Source: an uncultured Verrucomicrobiae bacterium (GTDB taxonomy: Bacteria; Verrucomicrobiota; Verrucomicrobiia; Chthoniobacterales; UBA10450). Taken from it: a stretch of 64,000 bases of DNA. The stretch is taken from positions 64,001-128,000 of the forward strand of contig CAWDGJ010000001.1 in the NCBI GenBank assembly GCA_963801815.1. Reading direction: 5' to 3'. A program made the position numbers and the translations under genes. A model generated the notes under the pieces. The model made no database searches and was not told the DNA's origin. It was given only the letters and a program-made list of their open reading frames with translations. The first letter of the stretch is position 1; each line of letters starts with the position of its first letter. Below, in pieces: positions 50,137-58,934 of the stretch.

Positions 50137-51301
50137 ACTTCAGAGTTTGAGCTTCAACTGAAAGCACTGCCGGCAAGTCGCGCACGATTGGGAACCACGA
50201 ATCGCCCGAATCGGAAGATCCGTAAACCTGTCCGCCGGTTGTGCCGAAATAAATGCCGCACGGATCGAGCGAATCGACCGACATGGCGTCACGCAGCACG
50301 TTCACGTAACAATCTTTCTGTGGCAGACCCTTGGTAAGCTCTTCCCATTTGTTCCCGCCGCTGCGGCTTCGATAGACGCGCAGTTTTCCTTCGAGCGGGT
50401 AATGTTCCGAATCACTCTTGATCGGCACAACGTAAATTGTCTCCGGCTCGTGCGCGTGCACATCGACTGGGAACCCGAAATCAGTCGGCAAATTTCCGCT
50501 CACCTCTGTCCACGAATCGCCGCCGTCATCGCTTCGCATCACGTCCCAATGTTTTTGCATAAAGAGTGTGTTCGGCTTCGAGGGATGCATCGCGATCCGA
50601 TGCACGCAATGTCCCACCTCGGCAGTTGGATCGGGAATATATTGCGAGTGCAAACCTTTGTTGATCGGCTTCCAGGTCTTGCCGGCGTCATCAGTTCGAA
50701 ACGCGCCCGCTGCTGAAATTGCGACAAACATTCGCTTCGGATTTTTCGGGTCGATCAAAATCGTGTGGAGACACATTCCGCCTGCGCCGGGTTGCCAGCG
50801 CGGACCGGTATCGTGTTTGCGAAGACCGGAAAGCTCGCTCCAGGTTTTACCGCCGTCTTTCGATTCGAACAGCGCCGCGTCTTCGACTCCGGCGTAAACA
50901 TGATCAGCATTATCGAGCGCGGGCTCGAGATGCCATACGCGTTTGAATTCCCACGGATGCTGCGTGCCGTCGTACCACATGTGTGTGCCGGGGATTCCGT
51001 CGTAGACGAATTTGTTGCTCTCGCCTTTCGGCATTCCGCCTTCGCCTTGCAATTCCTCGGGGCTGCTGCCCGGCGTTTCCCAAGTTTTGCCGCCGTCGTT
51101 CGATCGCTGAATGATCTGTCCGAACCAACCGCTGGTTTGCGACGCGTAGATCCGGTCGGGGTCAACCGGCGACCCTTTCATGTGATAAATTTCCCAGCCG
51201 GCAAAATGCGGTCCGTCCACCTTCCAATCTTTGCGTTTCGCGTCTGACGTGAGAACGAACGCGCCTTTCCGTGTGCCGACCAGAACTCGAATTCCGCTCA
51301 T
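50135..51301 (-). CDS. BNR/Asp-box beta-propeller (sialidase-like fold) protein
   Basis: Repeated SxDGGxTW motifs; [10 protein letters not shown] start. Confidence 0.88.
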   Translation of the reverse strand: MSGIRVLVGTRKGAFVLTSDAKRKDWKVDGPHFAGWEIYHMKGSPVDPDRIYASQTSGWFGQIIQRSNDGGKTWETPGSSPEELQGEGGMPKGESNKFVYDGIPGTHMWYDGTQHPWEFKRVWHLEPALDNADHVYAGVEDAALFESKDGGKTWSELSGLRKHDTGPRWQPGAGGMCLHTILIDPKNPKRMFVAISAAGAFRTDDAGKTWKPINKGLHSQYIPDPTAEVGHCVHRIAMHPSKPNTLFMQKHWDVMRSDDGGDSWTEVSGNLPTDFGFPVDVHAHEPETIYVVPIKSDSEHYPLEGKLRVYRSRSGGNKWEELTKGLPQKDCYVNVLRDAMSVDSLDPCGIYFGTTGGQVYGSSDSGDSWFPIVRDLPAVLSVEAQTLK

Positions 51302-51421
51302 GATTGAACCTTTAACCACGGATTACACGGATGAAAACGGATATATTTTCTCAACAATTAACTCCTTGGCACGCCGTAGGACAGGGCGAAGGCGGCTCAA
51401 CCATCAACTTCTGAGCAGTGA

Positions 51422-51436
51422 CGGATCGCGCGGTGA
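51422..51436. repeat. 15-bp direct repeat, left
   Basis: cggatcgcgcggtga, identical to 56247-56261. Confidence 0.7.
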
Positions 51437-51545
51437 AAATTGCAGTTGCTGGAGCTGCGCTTTCCCCAAGGGCTGATCTCCGGCCGGGTTCAAGGAACTA
51501 CTTTATGCTTGCAAAAGAGGCTCGGACTCCTCAGACCGTAAGTTT

Positions 51546-52139
51546 ATGAAACCCGTTCGAGCAACCAAGTATCTATTATTAGGGGCACTCGGGGTGGTCT
51601 CTATCGTAGCCTGCGCAACGGTCGGCCGATCGACAGGCCCGATAGAGTTCGGCGACTATTACGCGGTTATCACCCCAGACGCGAAGGTATCGCAGAGCGA
51701 TTGTGACGCACTTAACCGAGTGTTAAGCAAACATCACAAAATTATCTACCGGATTGAGACGTTCAAAAACGGCAACCTTGTCGGAACACGGGGACGGTTG
51801 CCGGAGAAATGTATGCGCGAGGGCCTTGTAGCCGAGGTTGCCGAGAAGGCGAAGGCCACTGGATTTACGGGATGCGCTCTCCAGGCGGGAATGACCAGCT
51901 CGACGCGTAAAATTCCAGGAGGCACGAGCTCGACTCATCCCACGCCTTCTCCCGTAGCCGGGACGAGTTCAACTCATCCAACGCCCTCTCCGGTCGGCCA
52001 GACTAGCTCAACTCACCCGACCAGCTCGACCCATCCTTGCCCGGACATGGGAAGTTCCACCGCCCGCAAATTGCAGGAGGAAGCGGAGGCGATGATGGAA
52101 GAGATCAAGCCGATCCTGGAGAAATACAACAAGCGATAG
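51546..52139 (+). CDS. Lipoprotein with six tandem (T/G)SST motifs; candidate modified-peptide precursor
   Basis: Lipobox IVAC; MTSSTRK, GTSSTHP x2, QTSSTHP, TSSTHP, GSSTARK. Confidence 0.75.
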   Translation: MKPVRATKYLLLGALGVVSIVACATVGRSTGPIEFGDYYAVITPDAKVSQSDCDALNRVLSKHHKIIYRIETFKNGNLVGTRGRLPEKCMREGLVAEVAEKAKATGFTGCALQAGMTSSTRKIPGGTSSTHPTPSPVAGTSSTHPTPSPVGQTSSTHPTSSTHPCPDMGSSTARKLQEEAEAMMEEIKPILEKYNKR

Positions 52140-52155
52140 TCCATTTCGGCAGCCG

Positions 52156-52776
52156 GTGCGGCACATGAAGCGCGTTTATATCGCATGCTTCGTCCTGCAC
52201 TTTCTCCTCGTCCTGTTAATCAGTGTAAGGCAGGGATTATCGGATCTCGCCCGCGGCGAAACGATTCTACCCGATAAGTGGATGCCTTGGGCGCAACGGG
52301 CCGATAACGTCGCCGCGGCAGCCTTGGGGGAACAATTGCAGGCTTCCAATCTCTATCGTCAAGGCGTCGCAGCGTACACTCACAGCACAGGTATTGACAC
52401 CGGTTATGGATTTTTTGCTCCCAATGTCTCGGTCAGCCACAAGTTAGTGTTTGAAGTAAGATATCCGGATGGCCGGGTGGAATATGAGTTGCCGCATGTC
52501 GGCGAAGGCGCCACCGGTCTGCGACTGCCGCTCCTTTTCGATAGCATCGCTCGCACGCGTTACGACTTTTTGCGCGAGACAATGCTCAAAATGATGGCTT
52601 TTTCCGTTTTTAAGGAACACCCGGATGCTTCTGTGATCCGAGCTGTATTCGGATTCATCCGGCTGCCGAGCGTAGCCGACTTCGAATCGGGCAAAGAAGA
52701 GTCCTACCAGTTTTTGTACGCCTACGATTTTCGATTCTCGCCGTCCGCGCAGCCTGAACAGCCTGAACAACCGTAG
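52156..52776 (+). CDS. SdpA/DUF5819-like membrane-anchored protein
   Basis: N-terminal TM with LHF, YGFFAPN motif, directly before an HTTM-like gene; family assigned by motif recall. Confidence 0.6.
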   Translation: MRHMKRVYIACFVLHFLLVLLISVRQGLSDLARGETILPDKWMPWAQRADNVAAAALGEQLQASNLYRQGVAAYTHSTGIDTGYGFFAPNVSVSHKLVFEVRYPDGRVEYELPHVGEGATGLRLPLLFDSIARTRYDFLRETMLKMMAFSVFKEHPDASVIRAVFGFIRLPSVADFESGKEESYQFLYAYDFRFSPSAQPEQPEQP

Positions 52777-52779
52777 TCC

Positions 52780-53778
52780 TTGCCGATGCGCCTGGCTAAG
52801 CTGAAGGGATTTCTGTTTCCGGCGGAATCAGATACCTGGCTCACTGTGTTGAGAGTGGGCCTCGGGCTGCAAGTGGCCCTCTACACTTTATCGTCCCGCG
52901 CGGATTGGAACGAGCTCTTCTCCAGCAGCGGTCGCGGATTGATCAATCGCGAAGTGACCGAGGCGGTTCTTAGTGTGGAAAGTCCGCTGGCTCCCCGTTT
53001 AGGCTGGTTAATCGCGGCCGGAAGTCGCTTCGGAATCAGTGAATCAGTCGTCCTCTGGACGGTTTGGACGGTCCTTCTCGCCGCCGCTTGTTGTCTGCTC
53101 GTCGGGTTTTGTTGCCGGCCGGCTGCCATCATTGCCTGGTTTTTTCACCTGTGCGCGGTGAAGAGCGAGCAATTTCTTTCATACGGAATGGATAACTTCA
53201 CCACTATTGGGCTCTTCTATCTAATGCTTTCTCCGCTGCCCGATCGCTTTTCCCTGGATGCGTACATTCGCAGCTGGCCGCCGCGTGACGCGCATTTTCT
53301 CGGCTTTTTCCGGCGCGTCTTACAAGTGCATGTGTGCATCATCTATTTCTTTGGCGGAATCACCAAGTGCATGGGCGCGGAATGGTGGAATGGCAACAGT
53401 ATTTGGTGGGCGTTGACCTCGCCTCCCTACAACGTTGTCTCTCCGGAGGTTCTGGTGATGTGGAAGCACTTCCTGCCGTTCATTGGAATTTCCATCTGCT
53501 TAATAGAAACCGGATATCCGTTTTTCGTTTGGCTAAGGCAAACGCGTCTGGTTTGGTTTCTTTGCGTCTGCGGGATGCACCTTGCCATTGGGTGCACCAT
53601 GGGCTTGTACCTTTTCTCCCTCATCATGATCATTTTGAATCTCGCCGCTTTCGGTCCGGGATTCAGTTTTGGAGTCGCGGATTCGCCGGCGGTGAATTCT
53701 TTGGAAAGAAAAGTCCAGCCGCCAGCAGATCTTTCGGCAAGGACACCCGGCCCTCCTCCTGATACCGTAGTATTATGA
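52780..53778 (+). CDS. HTTM-domain (SdpB / vitamin K-dependent carboxylase-like) membrane protein
   Basis: LRVGLG, LLVGF..R, YGMD, FSLD, QVHVCIIYFFGGITK..WWNG, E..PF, MHLAI..MGL..FS..M pattern. Confidence 0.8.
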   Translation: MPMRLAKLKGFLFPAESDTWLTVLRVGLGLQVALYTLSSRADWNELFSSSGRGLINREVTEAVLSVESPLAPRLGWLIAAGSRFGISESVVLWTVWTVLLAAACCLLVGFCCRPAAIIAWFFHLCAVKSEQFLSYGMDNFTTIGLFYLMLSPLPDRFSLDAYIRSWPPRDAHFLGFFRRVLQVHVCIIYFFGGITKCMGAEWWNGNSIWWALTSPPYNVVSPEVLVMWKHFLPFIGISICLIETGYPFFVWLRQTRLVWFLCVCGMHLAIGCTMGLYLFSLIMIILNLAAFGPGFSFGVADSPAVNSLERKVQPPADLSARTPGPPPDTVVL

Positions 53779-53837
53779 TCGACGCCCCGAATCCCGGTGG
53801 AATAATGAAACCCCACGGGTCGGAGCGTTCATAATTC

Positions 53838-56223
53838 ATGTCCGGAGATGCCAAAACGGATTCTGAGCTGGAAATCGCGCATGTTTTGTTCATCGACACG
53901 GTAGGCTACTCCAACCTTTCGATTCAAGAGCAGCGCGAACTGCTGACCGAACTCAACCAAGTTGTCCGGGACTCGAGCCGGTTCAAGGCGGCTGAATCCG
54001 CTGGGAAATTGATTCGTTTGCCGACGGGCGATGGAATGGCCCTGATTTTTTCCGACAGTCCCGAGTCGCCTTTGCAATGCGCGGTGGAGATTGCCGAAGG
54101 TTTGCGAGACCATCCCCGGGTTAAAGTGCGAATGGGCATTCACTCTGGCCCGGTCAGCCGAGTCGTGGATGTAAACGATCAATCCAATGCGGCAGGCGCC
54201 GGAATCAACATTGCCGAGCGAGTCATGAGCTGCGCGGACGCCGGGCACATTTTGCTCTCTAAACGCGCAGCCCAGGATCTCGTCGAGTACCAGTCATTGG
54301 CAGCCATTCCTGACCGACTTGGGTGAATGCGAAGTCAAACATGGCAAAAAGGTCGGCCTGGTAAATTTTTACAATAACGAGGTTGGGAATCCCAAAATAC
54401 CGGGCGCGTTGCAGAGACGCGCCAGTGAGCAAAAGAAAGCGGAGCGCGCTCTTTTGTGGCGCAAGCTGGCGGCGACGACCGCCATCATCGCGATCTGCAT
54501 CGCCGTGGTGGCTGCTCTTCTTCTCAAGAACGTGCTGTTCAATAAAAATTCTTATCCGCGAATTCCTTTTAAAAGCATTGCAGTGCTGCCGTTCGAGAAC
54601 CTGACCGACGACAAGCAAAACGCTTATCTCGCCGACGGAATCACGGATGAGATTCTGACCAATCTTGCCAAGGTGGCGGACCTAAAGGTCATCAGTCGGA
54701 CCTCGGTCATGCAATATCGGGTCGGGATCCCGCGCAATATTCGCGACATTGGCACGAGTTTAGGAGTGGCCCACGTCCTGGAAGGGACTGTCCAACGATT
54801 GGGCGAACATCTGCGAGTGAACGCCCGATTGATTGACGCCAAGAACGGTACGCAACTGTGGGCCCAAGGTTACGACCGCCAGGTAGCAAACATTTTTACT
54901 ATCGAAAGCGATCTCGCCGAAGATATCGTGATTCAACTGCGGTCGCAGCTTTCGCCGGAAGAGAAGGCGAGCATTGAAAGTGTGCCGACAAACAATCCCG
55001 TGGCCTACGAGTTGTATCTCCGGGCCAGGGCCATCAGCAGCACCGCTGCCTTCGGCGTTCGTGAGAAAGAAAAACTACTGCAAACCGCCGACCTTCTTCA
55101 ACAGGCCATTCAGCGAGATCCCGATTTCTTTCTGGCTTACTGTCATCTGGCCCGGACCCATGACCGGATCTACATCCTGGGGATCGATCATACAGCCGCG
55201 CGACTCGAGTTAGCGGATGCCGCGATCAAGAAGGCCCTGGCCCTGCGGCCTAATGCCGGAGAAGCGCGCCTGGCTTTGGCGACGCATCTTTACACGTTGC
55301 TCGATTACGATGGCGCTCGTCAGGAACTCGCTGCGGCCGGGCGCGCGTTGCCTAACGAGCCGCTGGTGTTCGAGCTGACCGGTTACATCGACCGGCGGCA
55401 AGGACGCTGGGACGAATGCTTGAGCAATTTACGGCGGGCCCTCGAACTCGATCCCCGCAATTTCCTTATCCTCCAACAGATCTCGCTGGCGTGCGAAAAC
55501 ATGCGGCGTTTCCCGGAAATGATTGCTAGTCTCGACAAGGCGCTCCTGATTGTACCCGATGACACCCCAACTCGAATGCAGCGCGCTTTGGCCGACCTCG
55601 ACTGGCACGCCGATCCCAAACCGCTTCGAGCCGCCATCGAATCTGCCGTCGCCCAGGACCCTGGGTCCGCCGCCGGCATCGCCCAGTTCTGGCTTTACTT
55701 CGCGCTTTGCGAGCGAGACACAGTGGCAGCCGGGCGCGCCCTGGCGGTCATGACCAGTGACGGCTGTCGCAACGAAGGAATTCCTCTTCCCAAAGCATGG
55801 TGTGAGGGCGTTGCTGCGCGAGCCCGCGGCGATAACGCTTCGGCACAGGCCGCGTTTAAGACGGCGCGGACCGAAATAGAAAACAGTCTTCGCGATCAGT
55901 CCGACTACCCTGCGGCCCATTGTGTTTTGGGAATGGTCGATGCCGGGCTGGGAATGAGAGAAGAAGCCGTGCGCGAAGGACAACGCGCCGTGGAATTGCT
56001 TCCAGTTAGCAAAGACGCGATCAACGGCGCGCTTATGGTCGAATATTTGGCGCTGATCTACGCCTGGACCGGCGACAAGGATCGGGCTCTCCAACAACTC
56101 GAGATAGTGGCCAAAATTCCGTGCGACGTAAATTACGGACAACTCCGCTTACACCCTTACTGGGACCCACTCCGAAACGATCCCCGGTTCGAAAAAATCG
56201 TTCAGTCACTTGCTCCCAAATAG
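53838..56223 (+). CDS. Class III cyclase-like / TM / TolB-like / TPR protein (frameshift near 54300)
   Basis: HVLFIDTVGYS, TGDGM, RMGIHSGPV, KSIAVLPFENL, LKVISRTS, TPRs, WDPLRNDPRF. Confidence 0.88.
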
Positions 56224-56246
56224 CAGGCTGCGAGGAATTTCAACCG

Positions 56247-56261
56247 CGGATCGCGCGGTGA
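56247..56261. repeat. 15-bp direct repeat, right
   Basis: cggatcgcgcggtga. Confidence 0.7.
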
Positions 56262-56297
56262 GCAAAGTTGAATCCACCACGCGGATGAAAACGGATT

Positions 56298-56594
56298 TTA
56301 AGACAGAGACGAACCCGCTAACGGCGGGTGGCCAAACCGTTTCGCGGACCGCGCTTTTGCCTTCGATGCTTCTGTCTCGCGATTTCGCGGTGGCGAATTC
56401 GTCGCCAGCGATTCGAGCAAATGATGCGCGGCGTGGGCGACTTCATCTACCGCACGATTGAATGCTTCTTCGTTCGCGTGTGACGGTTTCGTGAATCCGC
56501 TGAGCTTCCGAACAAATTGCAGCGACGACGCGCGAATCTCATCATTCGTCGCCGGCGGTGAAAAATTATGCAGGGTTTTGATTGCACGACACAT
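56298..56594 (-). CDS. DUF2277 family protein
   Basis: MCRAIKTLHNFSPPAT.DEIRASSLQFVRKLSG. Confidence 0.9.
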   Translation of the reverse strand: MCRAIKTLHNFSPPATNDEIRASSLQFVRKLSGFTKPSHANEEAFNRAVDEVAHAAHHLLESLATNSPPRNRETEASKAKARSAKRFGHPPLAGSSLS

Positions 56595-56604
56595 GAGAAA
56601 GAAT

Positions 56605-56637
56605 TAACCGCGGATTACGCGGATGAAAACGGATTTT
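56605..56637. repeat. 9-bp-unit repeat family (aaccgcggattacgcggatgaaaacggat)
   Basis: Related copies at about 5649-5677, 5754-5773, 51312-51342 and 56277-56297. Confidence 0.65.
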
Positions 56638-56638
56638 G

Positions 56639-56932
56639 TTAATCGGAAGAACGTTGGCGCATCCACCGATCGTCGCGAGACTGGCGTACTGCCCGCCAAC
56701 CAGTCGGTAAGTCCGAGAGTTGAAGAACGGAAGAGTCCAGCTCCACTGCTTCTTGCAACGAAATGATTTTCGCGTTTTCCAAAGTCCCGTCGGTAGGACC
56801 AATGAACTGCCAGGCGTGATCTTCGACGTCCCGACTGACAAGCAGAATTGGCTCTTCACGCTCCATGACCTCGCGTGTCGTGAGTACCGCACAATTCCTC
56901 GGCTCATCGAAGGGCCAAGAATCTGTTTCCAT
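56639..56932 (-). CDS. Hypothetical protein (DUF2185-like)
   Basis: WPFDEPRN, D..WQF, LDSSV..LSDLPTGWRAVR. Confidence 0.7.
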   Translation of the reverse strand: METDSWPFDEPRNCAVLTTREVMEREEPILLVSRDVEDHAWQFIGPTDGTLENAKIISLQEAVELDSSVLQLSDLPTGWRAVRQSRDDRWMRQRSSD

Positions 56933-56939
56933 CTTTAAA

Positions 56940-58397
56940 CTATTTCGCGATGCAGACGTTTTTGGGTTCTGTGAAGAAGTGTAGCGCCTCAGTGCCGCCT
57001 TCGCGGCCGATGCCACTGGCTTTCATGCCGCCGAAAGGAACGCGGAGATCGCGGACGAGCCAGCAGTTTACCCAAACGGTGCCGGTGTGGATTTGTTCGG
57101 CGACACGATGGGCGCGGCTGAGATTCTGCGTCCATACGCTTGAGGAAAGTCCGTAATCGACGTCGTTGGCGTAACGGATCACTTCTTCTTCGCTCTCGAA
57201 TGGTGTAATCGTGACCACGGGACCAAAAATTTCCTCGCGATTGGTTCGGCATGCGACCGGAAGATCGACAATCACCGTCGGCGAAAAGAAGTAACCGTCG
57301 TGAGTGCGTTCGTTAGGCGCAGCGGGCGCTTTGCCTCCGAGCGCAATCTTGCCGCCTTCTTTCTGGGCGAGATCGACGTAGAATTTTATTTTGTCGAGCT
57401 GCGCCCTATTCACGATCGCGCCCTGCTCGGTTTTCTCATCGAGTGGATCGCCTTGTTTCAACTTTGATGCCGTCTCGATGAACTGTTCGACGAACTTCTT
57501 GTAAATCGGTTTCTCAACGAATACACGCGAGCCGCACAAACAAATTTGTCCCTGGTTCGCAAACGACGAGCGAACACTGCCGGCGATCGCCGCATCGAGA
57601 TCGGCATCCGCGAAAATGATGTTTGGATTCTTGCCGCCAAGCTCGAGCGAAACTTTCTTGAATAACGGTGCACACGCTTCGGCGACCTTTTTGCCGGTCA
57701 CAGTTCCGCCGGTGAATGAAATTGTTGTGATTTTTGGATGGGCCGTGATTGCCGCCCCGACATTTGGGCCAGTTCCATGAACAACATTGAGCACGCCGTT
57801 CGGTAATCCGGCTTCAACACAAACTTCACAGAGTAAAAACGCTGTCATCGGCGTCAGTTCGCTCGGCTTTGCGACCGCAGTGTTGCCAACCGCGATCGCA
57901 GGCGCGATTTTCCAGCTCAATAGATAGAGCGGGAGATTCCATGGCGAAATTAATCCCGCGATGCCGCGTGGCTGACGCAGGGTGTAATTGAATGCGACGC
58001 CATCGGTGACGTGAGCTTCATTCTCTGTGTGCAGAATCGCCGTGGCGAAAAAACGGAAATTCGCGACTGCACGTGGAATATCGAGCGACCGCGCGAGGGA
58101 GATCGGTTTACCGGTGTCGATCGATTCTGCGCGCGCGAACTTTTCCAGATCGCGCTCGATCAGGTCGGCGATCCGCAAGAGAGTCTTCGATCTCTCCGCG
58201 GCCGGTTTCTTGGACCAATCGGGAAAAGCCTTCTCCGCTGCGGCCACGGCGAGATCGACATCCTCCTTTCCGCTATCGGGAACCTGCGAGTACGGTTGGC
58301 CCGTCGCCGGCTCGATGTTATCGAGATATTTGCGGCTCTTTGGTTCGACGAATTTACCGTCAATGAAGTTTTTGATCTTAGGAGACTCACTGTGCAT
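56940..58397 (-). CDS. Aldehyde dehydrogenase, probable 2-aminomuconic 6-semialdehyde dehydrogenase
   Basis: ISPWNLPLYLLSWKIAPA, SLELGGKN, NQGQICLCGSR, EEIFGP, WLVRDLRVPFGG. Confidence 0.9.
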   Translation of the reverse strand: MHSESPKIKNFIDGKFVEPKSRKYLDNIEPATGQPYSQVPDSGKEDVDLAVAAAEKAFPDWSKKPAAERSKTLLRIADLIERDLEKFARAESIDTGKPISLARSLDIPRAVANFRFFATAILHTENEAHVTDGVAFNYTLRQPRGIAGLISPWNLPLYLLSWKIAPAIAVGNTAVAKPSELTPMTAFLLCEVCVEAGLPNGVLNVVHGTGPNVGAAITAHPKITTISFTGGTVTGKKVAEACAPLFKKVSLELGGKNPNIIFADADLDAAIAGSVRSSFANQGQICLCGSRVFVEKPIYKKFVEQFIETASKLKQGDPLDEKTEQGAIVNRAQLDKIKFYVDLAQKEGGKIALGGKAPAAPNERTHDGYFFSPTVIVDLPVACRTNREEIFGPVVTITPFESEEEVIRYANDVDYGLSSSVWTQNLSRAHRVAEQIHTGTVWVNCWLVRDLRVPFGGMKASGIGREGGTEALHFFTEPKNVCIAK

Positions 58398-58414
58398 GCC
58401 GCGGCTCAATAAAC

Positions 58415-58482
58415 GTTGTAGCGGTGCTTGTCTCAAGCACCGAACTAAATAAACAGGTGCTTGGGACAAGCGCCTCTACAAC
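58415..58482. repeat. REPIN family A, copy 6
   Basis: gttgtagcggtgcttgtctcaagcaccg ... aggtgcttgggacaagcgcctctacaac. Confidence 0.85.
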
Positions 58483-58570
58483 ATCATTGGGCTTTAGCCG
58501 AGTTGACGGGCAATGCGTGAGAGGTTGCATTGCGCTTGTATTGAAGAGCGTCCTGCCCTGTAATCGTGCC

Positions 58571-58876
58571 ATGAGAAATATGAAACGAGCTTTGACTCTT
58601 GCCGCAGCGATCAGCCTCGTGCTAGCGGCCGTTACCCAGGCTGCCGGCGAGCAAAAATTTAAGACTGAAGGCACCATTCAGCGAATAAGCGGGGACACGA
58701 TACTAGTGCGCGCAAGCGCAGCGGACATTGAAATTACCAAGGACGCGAAAACCAAAGTAACGGGCCAGCTAAGAAGAGGTGCGGGCGCAACGGTAATTTA
58801 TGTCAAAGTAGCGGGGCAAAACCACGCCACCGAAATCATCATGGGCGGTAACGTCAGCTCGGGGCGGACCTTGTAA
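58571..58876 (+). CDS. Small secreted OB-fold-like hypothetical protein
   Basis: Signal peptide MKRALTLAAA..QA; TKVTGQLRRGA..TVIY..ATEI. Confidence 0.65.
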   Translation: MRNMKRALTLAAAISLVLAAVTQAAGEQKFKTEGTIQRISGDTILVRASAADIEITKDAKTKVTGQLRRGAGATVIYVKVAGQNHATEIIMGGNVSSGRTL

Positions 58877-58934
58877 AAGCGTTCGGCGTGGCGAGCGGCG
58901 GTGACTCGCGACTTCGAAAATTCTCGCCGGTAAT

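Noticed and set aside
25441..58482. CRISPR array from recurring palindromic repeats
   Set aside because: Copies are kilobases apart with no regular spacers and no cas genes
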